Assembly (NCBI GenBank): GCA_937927435.1
Contig: CALBDW010000018.1
Coordinates: forward strand, 484-64,483
DNA: 64,000 nt
DNA from: an uncultured Bdellovibrionales bacterium
GTDB taxonomy: Bacteria > Bdellovibrionota > Bdellovibrionia > Bdellovibrionales > JAMPXM01
Direction of reading: 5' to 3'
Made by a program: the position numbers and the translations under genes. Position 1 is the stretch's first letter; each line of letters starts with the position of its first letter. Shown here in pieces: positions 57,981-64,000 of the stretch. The notes beneath the pieces are model-generated. The model was not told where the DNA came from. It did not search any database and worked only from the letters and a program-made list of their open reading frames with translations.

Positions 57981-58058
57981 AGCATTCAAAAGCGATGTTG
58001 ATGAGTGCCTCTTGAGAGTATAAAAACGAAGCCGCCGAATTTTCTCTGAGGGAGCGCC

Positions 58059-59132
58059 TTGAGCACGCGCAAGATCATCCACATCGATATGGACTGCTTT
58101 TACGCGGCTGTCGAATTGCGCGACCGCCCAGAACTGCGTGGACGCCCGATCGCCGTCGGAGGACAGCCGGAAAGCCGAGGCGTGATTGCGACGGCAAGCT
58201 ACGAGGCACGTGCGTTTGGCGTACGTTCGGCAATGGCCTCGGCGACAGCTCAAAGGCTTTGCCCCGGGCTCATCATCATTCCGCCGAATTTCGCGAAATA
58301 CAAAAAGGAGAGCCTACGCATTCGTGAAATCTTAAGTCGCTTCACTTCGCGGATCGAGCCTCTCGCTCTCGATGAAGCCTATCTCGACGTCACGGACTCA
58401 CCCCATTTCGGCGGCAGCGCAACGCGAATCGCCGAAGAGATCCGCCGCCTTATTCGAAAGGAAACGGGGCTGACTGCCTCGGCAGGCGTCGCACCCAACA
58501 AATTTCTCGCGAAAATCGCCAGCGACATCAATAAACCCGACGGCCTCAAAGTCATCCGCCCGGAAGAAGTCGAAACATTCATCAAAACGCTTCCGGTCGA
58601 AAAAATTTGGGGTGTGGGAAAAGTCACGGCCCGTAAGATGCACCGGTTGGGCCTTCACACTTGCGCGGATCTCCAGAATCTATCGATCACCGAACTCACC
58701 CGCCACTTCGGGAGTCTAGGTGTTTCGCTTTTCGACTTCGCTCGGGGGATCGATCATCGCGAAGTGAAAGTGGAGCGCGAACGTAAGTCGCTTTCCGTCG
58801 AAGAAACGTTCAGTCACGATCTAGCATCCCTCGAAGAATGTCTCTCGAAGCTCCCGGAACTTTACGAAGACTGGACCAGCCGCATGGAGCGCGCAGGCGT
58901 GGCGGACAAGATTCGCGGGATTTTCGTGAAGCTTAAGTTTCATGACTTCAAAAACACGACGCACGAAACAACCTTCCGCGGCTATCCGCGCCTTGAAGAC
59001 TTTCGGCCTCTTCTTGAAGAAGCCTATCTTCGCCGAGGAGAGCCCGTACGCCTGATCGGAATCGGCGTCCGACTCGAGGCCACCGCGCCGAAATCAGACA
59101 GCTCCACTCCGCAGCTGAAATTATTCGAGTGA
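58059..59132 (+). CDS. dinB: DNA polymerase IV (Y-family translesion polymerase)
   Basis: 357 aa with a TTG start and GAGGGAG upstream. Carries KIIHIDMDCFYAAVE, LALDEAYLDVT and ASAGVAPNKFLAKIASD. Confidence 0.9.
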   Translation: MSTRKIIHIDMDCFYAAVELRDRPELRGRPIAVGGQPESRGVIATASYEARAFGVRSAMASATAQRLCPGLIIIPPNFAKYKKESLRIREILSRFTSRIEPLALDEAYLDVTDSPHFGGSATRIAEEIRRLIRKETGLTASAGVAPNKFLAKIASDINKPDGLKVIRPEEVETFIKTLPVEKIWGVGKVTARKMHRLGLHTCADLQNLSITELTRHFGSLGVSLFDFARGIDHREVKVERERKSLSVEETFSHDLASLEECLSKLPELYEDWTSRMERAGVADKIRGIFVKLKFHDFKNTTHETTFRGYPRLEDFRPLLEEAYLRRGEPVRLIGIGVRLEATAPKSDSSTPQLKLFE

Positions 59133-59141
59133 CGGATCGCC

Positions 59142-59393
59142 TTATTTGCCCACCCAACCGGAATCCACACAGATATAGATCACACCGGCGGCGCTATCGA
59201 TTTTCATGCGTCCTCTTTCATCAGGCTCGTCACAGTCCGCGGCAGGAGGCATACCGGTCGTTAAACCGAATTGAGCGTATCCCGCAACTTGCAGCTCACT
59301 TCTCGGAGTTTCTGTTCCGATTCCGACTTTGCCGGAATTCTCCAGGACCATCGCCGTTTGCGCCCCTGAACTGCCCCTCACTTTGAATCGCAT
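59142..59393 (-). CDS. fibre protein B, fragment 5 (C-terminal tip)
   Basis: Reads MRFKVRGSSGAQTAMVLENSGKVGIGTETPRSELQVAG...AADCDEPDERGRMKIDSAAGVIYICVDSGWVGK. Its frame stays open far upstream of the ATG and lies at -1 relative to fragment 4. Confidence 0.6.
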   Translation of the reverse strand: MRFKVRGSSGAQTAMVLENSGKVGIGTETPRSELQVAGYAQFGLTTGMPPAADCDEPDERGRMKIDSAAGVIYICVDSGWVGK

Positions 59394-59848
59394 GTTCCAA
59401 CGGTCGTACTCCGTTTGCGCCCCGTCGCCAAAACCGACTCGATCGTACCCGCCAATGAAGATCCCGAGGCACCCGCTCCACTCGCCGCATGGAAGGCAAT
59501 TCCAGTTCCAAACCCGTTCTGAATTTGACTTCGGTCGGCCATGTCCGAGGAAATTCGCACCGGATAATAAACCTGGTTCCCTGCGTTCCCGCGCCCTATG
59601 ACTTGAAGCGGATAGTTAGCATCCACCGAGCCATAACCAAGATGCAAGGCTCTAAAACGGTTCATCGGCTTCAGCAAAACGATATCCTGTGACTCTTCAG
59701 GCAAACCCTCGTCGACAAACTGCCAGTCGTTAAGCCAGGAGTATTGAAAGTTAATCGGACGCCCAATGACTGAGACTGTCACCAACCCGTAATCTCCCCA
59801 AGGCCTACCTTTAAAGATAACGGAGACAAATCCATTTTCCTCAGCCAA
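59378..59848 (-). CDS. fibre protein B, fragment 4
   Basis: The track ORF has a TTG start, but the frame is open from 59938 and reads FFIYGSPQPKFYAPSLETYGNVAPVDIWLAEENGF... continuing the fragment 3 domain. It lies at -1 relative to fragment 3. Confidence 0.6.
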   Translation of the reverse strand: MAEENGFVSVIFKGRPWGDYGLVTVSVIGRPINFQYSWLNDWQFVDEGLPEESQDIVLLKPMNRFRALHLGYGSVDANYPLQVIGRGNAGNQVYYPVRISSDMADRSQIQNGFGTGIAFHAASGAGASGSSLAGTIESVLATGRKRSTTVGTCDSK

Positions 59849-59883
59849 CCATATATCGACTGGAGCGACATTGCCGTAAGTTT

Positions 59884-61932
59884 CTAACGAGGGCGCATAA
59901 AACTTCGGCTGAGGGGAGCCATATATAAAAAACCGACATCAAAGGTTCTTCCGCCGCCATAGGCCCAACCGTCAAAGCGGATCTTCGCCAAAAAATGCAT
60001 GTGTCCGAAGTGACTCTTGGTCTTCAGCTTCACGTACCCCGACGTGTATGTGTACCAAATGTTGGTCGCCGACGCGAGATTGGTGAATACGGAATTATTA
60101 TCAAGATAGCCGCTCACCTTGAGAGGCCCCTCCACATGTAGTCGATGACTTGGAGACGTCGTTCCGATTCCGACATTGCCTGATGAGAAAATCGTGCGTC
60201 CGCTGCCCTTCGGAGCGAACGTGAGATTGATACTGGCATCACTTCCAGCCGTACCAATCACCGGCGAGGAGCCGCTCGGCGCCCCCTTAACCGTTACGTA
60301 GTTCACCGAACCCACGCCGCCATCAAGAACGCTGAGGCTTGTGCCGTTACCGGAACCGATGTTCACCGAGCCCGATGTCGAGGCCCGAAGGGTGAGATTT
60401 TCTCCCGTCCCGCCGGCGGCAACTGTCAGCGCGCCAGACCCGGTGATATTCGATCCGACGCCCGTTAGGTTACCGACGTTTGTAATTCCACCGAAGTTAT
60501 TATTGATGCCTCCGCTTATGGAGGCGCCACCGGACGAAATCGTGAGTGCTCCAGAAAGCGTTCCTCCCGAACTACTTAAGAACGATCCACCTGTCGGAGT
60601 CGAGGCAAGCTCCAACCAAGAGTTATTGATATAGGCCTCAAGCTTGTGATTACTCACGTTATAGCGAATCATGCCAGGAGCGCCGACGGGTCGCTCTCCC
60701 GTCGTTCCAACCGGAACCCGAATAGCGTCGGTCTTGGAGCCGGCATCAAGGCTGACGATCGGCGAAGAAGTTCCGATCCCCATTTGCTCTTCGATGTTCA
60801 TCGATCGGACGCTGTAGATAGTCCCGCTGCTTGTCGTTAGCTCCTCTGGATTTGCAGACGTATCCGTGAAGACCACATCGCCGCCGGTCAGGTCGTTAAA
60901 GGTGACGATTAAACTTTTAGCGACATTATTGGCCGCCACTCCGAATTCGTATTCGTAAAAGTCACTGCCGCGCCGAACGTAAAGATCGAATCCTTCTGGA
61001 AAATCTCCATGCCCCCGTCCGACGGCGAAAGGCTCAAGCTTTCTCCAATCGTAGTTGCTGCCGAAAGCCTGGTATCCCCCCTGAAAGAGATAAAGCTTCG
61101 TTCCAGAATTGCCGGCCGTCTTCGATTGGACCTGGATCAGAACCGAAATGCTTCCTTCCGGACTCGAACGAACGATTGCCAATGGTTTCGTATGCCCAGC
61201 TGAGACTGCAAGCGAGTACCGCCGATAAACGCTGGCTCGCCAGTCTCCCATTGAGACTTTGCCCGCGACTTTCACGTCACCGGTTACATGCAGCGTAGCC
61301 TCGGGATTCGTTATCCCGATTCCAACGTCTCCATCCGACGTCTGCGAGATGGGGCTACCTATAAGCCGCTTTTGCAGCGATCCGTCGCGATAGGAGGGCA
61401 CATTACCATTGGTCAGACCCTCTCTGTTCACCAGCGTAAACCACGGCGAACTCGAAAGTCCCGAAACTGGTCCCAGGCGGAACGAAATTTCTTTGTTGGT
61501 CATCGTCAATTGGCCGAAACGGCCTTGGTCTTTTTCGACAATCGACAACGAATGCCAATCACCGTTCGGCGCGTTCGCGATGGAACCGGCTTCGTCCGCG
61601 AGATAAACGCCGGTTCCTCGGCTCACCTGTTCGTTGTAATCACGGACGATGGTGGTCTCGGTATTCGTGCCGTTCATGAGATAATGTGGAAACGGAGCCT
61701 GAGTCAGGATGACATCTCCTGCTGAAGTCACGCTGAGGACGCGACTATGGCCGCCTGTAACCGACGAACTCGAATTGAGGTTCGTGAGCTTTAAGCCCGA
61801 GCTGTCCGTAGCTCCACTGGCGATATCGAGGATGTCTTGCGGGCTGCTTGTGCCAATGCCGATTTTCCCATCGCCAGTCAGGGTCATTCGAGGAACGTCA
61901 TTCGTCTTTAACGCGACAACATTCGCATCCAT
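59884..61932 (-). CDS. fibre protein B, fragment 3 (long stem)
   Basis: 682 aa with four GIGTxxPxxxLxVxG motifs. It also carries GERPVGAPGMIRYNVSNHKLEAYINNSWLEL and long Gly/Ser/Thr-rich runs. It lies at -1 relative to fragment 2 and overlaps it by 25 nt. Confidence 0.7.
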   Translation of the reverse strand: MDANVVALKTNDVPRMTLTGDGKIGIGTSSPQDILDIASGATDSSGLKLTNLNSSSSVTGGHSRVLSVTSAGDVILTQAPFPHYLMNGTNTETTIVRDYNEQVSRGTGVYLADEAGSIANAPNGDWHSLSIVEKDQGRFGQLTMTNKEISFRLGPVSGLSSSPWFTLVNREGLTNGNVPSYRDGSLQKRLIGSPISQTSDGDVGIGITNPEATLHVTGDVKVAGKVSMGDWRASVYRRYSLAVSAGHTKPLAIVRSSPEGSISVLIQVQSKTAGNSGTKLYLFQGGYQAFGSNYDWRKLEPFAVGRGHGDFPEGFDLYVRRGSDFYEYEFGVAANNVAKSLIVTFNDLTGGDVVFTDTSANPEELTTSSGTIYSVRSMNIEEQMGIGTSSPIVSLDAGSKTDAIRVPVGTTGERPVGAPGMIRYNVSNHKLEAYINNSWLELASTPTGGSFLSSSGGTLSGALTISSGGASISGGINNNFGGITNVGNLTGVGSNITGSGALTVAAGGTGENLTLRASTSGSVNIGSGNGTSLSVLDGGVGSVNYVTVKGAPSGSSPVIGTAGSDASINLTFAPKGSGRTIFSSGNVGIGTTSPSHRLHVEGPLKVSGYLDNNSVFTNLASATNIWYTYTSGYVKLKTKSHFGHMHFLAKIRFDGWAYGGGRTFDVGFLYMAPLSRSFMRPR

Positions 61933-62780
61933 TGATCCCAGCTCAACAGGCCCCCCTGTCCTCCCCGCAGAATGAACTTGCTCGCAAGCGATGTCGCGCC
62001 GGTTCCGCCCTTTTCAACCGGCAAAACACCGGTCACGCCGTTGGTTAAATCAATTAACGGTAAATCCTCATCCGCAATCGTGCGGAACGTGGGAGAGCCG
62101 GAGCTAATGGTCGGCGCCGCAAAGAATGTTTTGGGCGATTGAGAGCTGTACGCGATCTGGGACTCGTCGACCGCGACATTCGCGCATTTCATCGCATCAG
62201 TTAGAGACTCCCACACAAGCGTTTGCCCCGAGGTACAAGTCGTCGAAAAAAATTGAGCATGTCCTGGCGCAGTTGAACGAATATCCGAAATGCTAATGAA
62301 CGACGGCACATATTGAGCGTTCCCGTCGTAGCGCAACACTTGTCCGTCCTCTGTCGGTGCTGATCCGCTGACCGACGTCCCTTGGATCTTGGCGACCGTG
62401 GGCCCCGGATATGTGCCCGATAAGTCGCCGGCGGCGCTCCCTCCTGGTTCGACTCCCGAAATTGAAGTCCAAACAAGATTTCCGCTTCCGTTCGAGCTCA
62501 AGACTTGCCCGTTGGTGCCCGGTGCTCCGGGCAAGCCCAAAACATAGCTTGAAACGCCGTTGGGCGCACGAAGCCCGACAAGGCCGGCTCCTCCGCTGGA
62601 CGACGCGCCCACAAACACGCGAGCCGAAGTCGTATCCGATGTCGTTTGAATCGGGCCGCTCGTATTGACGACCGTTGTTCCCCCAATCGTACCCGATTGG
62701 ATGCTTGAAGCGTTGATATCCGTAAGATCCCTGCCGTCCAGGGCCGGAAGTTCCCCCCCCCCCGGTTGAACTTGGACGAT
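61908..62780 (-). CDS. fibre protein B, fragment 2 (track ORF 61908-62618; same frame stays open back to the TAG at 62781-62783)
   Basis: Reads ...ELPALDGRDLTDINASSIQSGTIGG...CTSGQTLVWESLTDAMKCANVAV...LPVEKGGTGATSLA. There is no ATG/GTG/TTG between the TAG and GTG 62618. Confidence 0.65.
   Translation of the reverse strand: MVQVQPGGGELPALDGRDLTDINASSIQSGTIGGTTVVNTSGPIQTTSDTTSARVFVGASSSGGAGLVGLRAPNGVSSYVLGLPGAPGTNGQVLSSNGSGNLVWTSISGVEPGGSAAGDLSGTYPGPTVAKIQGTSVSGSAPTEDGQVLRYDGNAQYVPSFISISDIRSTAPGHAQFFSTTCTSGQTLVWESLTDAMKCANVAVDESQIAYSSQSPKTFFAAPTISSGSPTFRTIADEDLPLIDLTNGVTGVLPVEKGGTGATSLASKFILRGGQGGLLSWDQWMRMLSR
62753..62763 (-). repeat. homopolymer G11 (C11 on plus strand) inside the fibre B coding continuum
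   Basis: Coding strand CCG GGG GGG GGG GAA (PGGGE), 6 codons after the in-frame TAG. Confidence 0.9.
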
Positions 62781-63695
62781 CTATCCTTCATTCGTTCCAA
62801 CATCGACGTTCAGAGTTCCGCTCGACGTGATCGTGCCACCCAAAGCTGCACCCACTCTTAAGCCTGTCCCCGCCGTGACCTCTGAAACCCCGCTCCCCGC
62901 AATAGTCAGGGTTTTCTCAGACGCACCGTCCCAGAACTTCAAGGTTCCAGACTCAAACCAAATCTCTCCCGGTTTCGGCGAGGGAGGCGTACTCACTTCA
63001 GGAATCGTCAATGTTCCGTTCGTCGAATCCTTCACGACATAGTTTCCAGGATCAACACTCAAAAGTGAAAGAAGCTTCGAAGAATTTCCGGAAGCGAAGA
63101 CGCTTTGTAAGTAAGACTGCGTCAAATCGCCGGTCCCGACCTGGATGAATTCATCGGCCGTTTTCCCCTGCAAAGTTTCCGCGATCAGTGCCCTCGGAAC
63201 CGAATCGATCACTGTGTCAGGAAAAAGCAAGTCAGGGAAACCGGTCGATGACGGTGTGACAAAAAGACGAAGGTAACGAATATCGCCTATCACGGGCGTA
63301 TAAATTCCATACGGGCAATTCTCATCTTCAGCTTCTTTCGCCGTAAGCGGCGCCACGTTCTGAAAAACTTGAGACATCGAGTGACCTGGGTCGTTCCCCG
63401 TCCGTTTCGGAGAACCGACGAGCGAGCCCACTTGTATATTGTAATAGCCGTTTGAGTTTTGAGTATTTACAGACTGCTCCTCTTCATAAAGAACGCACTG
63501 TTTCGACGGATCGAGAATCTGGATGAGAAGCCTGACATTCGGATCTAGAAGAGGTTCTTCGCTTTCGACTAGAGTCAGCCTACCGTCGAGAGTGAACGAA
63601 TTCGCCAGATCACTGCTTGCGTAGGAACATGGCCCGACCAAGGCGATCGGAGCGGCGAATAATAATCTCAAACAAACATTCCTAAAAAAGCTCAT
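62781..63695 (-). CDS. fibre protein B, fragment 1: signal peptide plus conserved N-domain
   Basis: 304 aa with signal peptide MSFFRNVCLRLLFAAPIALVGPCSYA. Its N-domain is paralogous to fibre A. It ends ...GTLNVDVGTNEG-TAG, with the same frame continuing. Confidence 0.7.
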   Translation of the reverse strand: MSFFRNVCLRLLFAAPIALVGPCSYASSDLANSFTLDGRLTLVESEEPLLDPNVRLLIQILDPSKQCVLYEEEQSVNTQNSNGYYNIQVGSLVGSPKRTGNDPGHSMSQVFQNVAPLTAKEAEDENCPYGIYTPVIGDIRYLRLFVTPSSTGFPDLLFPDTVIDSVPRALIAETLQGKTADEFIQVGTGDLTQSYLQSVFASGNSSKLLSLLSVDPGNYVVKDSTNGTLTIPEVSTPPSPKPGEIWFESGTLKFWDGASEKTLTIAGSGVSEVTAGTGLRVGAALGGTITSSGTLNVDVGTNEG

Positions 63696-64000
63696 AGAAC
63701 TTTTTCGGTTAAAGTTTTCGCCTTCTTAACAAATTTTAAACCTAAGCCTAGCAACTCGACGAGTGAACACTGGGCTACCTCCCGCGGGAGCCGACTTAAA
63801 ACAAAACACAATTAACCACCGGCGGAACAGGCTCAGGCTGTCGCTAAAAACTCAGGACCTCCGACAGGACAACCTGGAACAGGGAACTCCCAATATCTGC
63901 AAACTAGACTCGTAACTCCTATAAAGCAGACCGATGAAGAAAACTTCCATAAAGGAAGTTTAACGACGATTGGATGAGACTGATGAAAAACGAGAGGCGC

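Noticed and set aside
62781-62783. The in-frame TAG in fibre B considered as evidence for stop-codon reassignment.
   Set aside because: TAG terminates several well-supported genes in the same window (ends at 13003, 13694, 15847, 17110), each at a sensible protein C-terminus.
51091-64000. The fibre region considered as a prophage or phage-tail-like particle cluster.
   Set aside because: No sheath, tube, baseplate, tape-measure, capsid, terminase, lysis or integrase genes are present. The fibre genes carry Sec signal peptides and are interleaved with dinB, an OMP and TPR-like genes. This cannot be excluded beyond the right window edge.
1-64000. A whole-window scan for CRISPR arrays, IS elements with terminal inverted repeats, integrases, rRNA/tRNA genes, and a diversity-generating retroelement that might target the fibre tips.
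   Set aside because: No regularly spaced direct repeats, no transposase, integrase or reverse transcriptase ORFs, and no RNA-gene signatures were seen by eye. A template/variable repeat pair cannot be excluded without a computed self-alignment.

Overview
Chromosomal segment of a GC-rich Gram-negative bacterium. The gene content includes several lipoprotein trypsin-like proteases, a large Kelch propeller, secreted fibre proteins and a membrane H+-pyrophosphatase, which recalls Bdellovibrionota- or Myxococcota-type predators; that is inference only. I count about 60 protein-coding genes. I see no rRNA or tRNA, no CRISPR array, and no transposase, integrase or prophage structural module. The region 1-32 kb carries housekeeping and stress genes: an OmpR-type regulator tail, an EEP nuclease, four small stress membrane proteins, hppA, pepA-arfB, a lytic transglycosylase, an MFS transporter, rmuC-pip, a porin, three tandem S1 proteases, a VWA lipoprotein, hsp20, an acyl-CoA ligase, a rhodanese and dps. 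The region 32-48 kb is an envelope and signalling neighbourhood. It holds an orphan HEPN protein, a FecR-domain giant, and an OMP/kinase/kinase operon ending in a Gly-rich protein with a sorting-signal-like C-terminal tail. It also holds a 960-aa lipoprotein with 8 tandem two-Cys modules and a hybrid kinase followed by a rhomboid protease. The region 48-51 kb carries cobB and an archease-rtcB RNA-repair pair. The most unusual part is 51-64 kb. It contains two paralogous secreted fibre loci built from phage-tail-fibre-like modules, with no phage context, and one is followed by a 12-blade Kelch gene. All three giant genes are interrupted: one in-frame TAG, four -1 frame steps (two on canonical X XXY YYZ heptamers) and one +1 break inside a G9 tract. 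No other gene in the window shows a frame break. Start codons were re-chosen by Shine-Dalgarno and signal-peptide logic where the ORF track over-extends. All family calls come from motif recognition by eye, not from searches.
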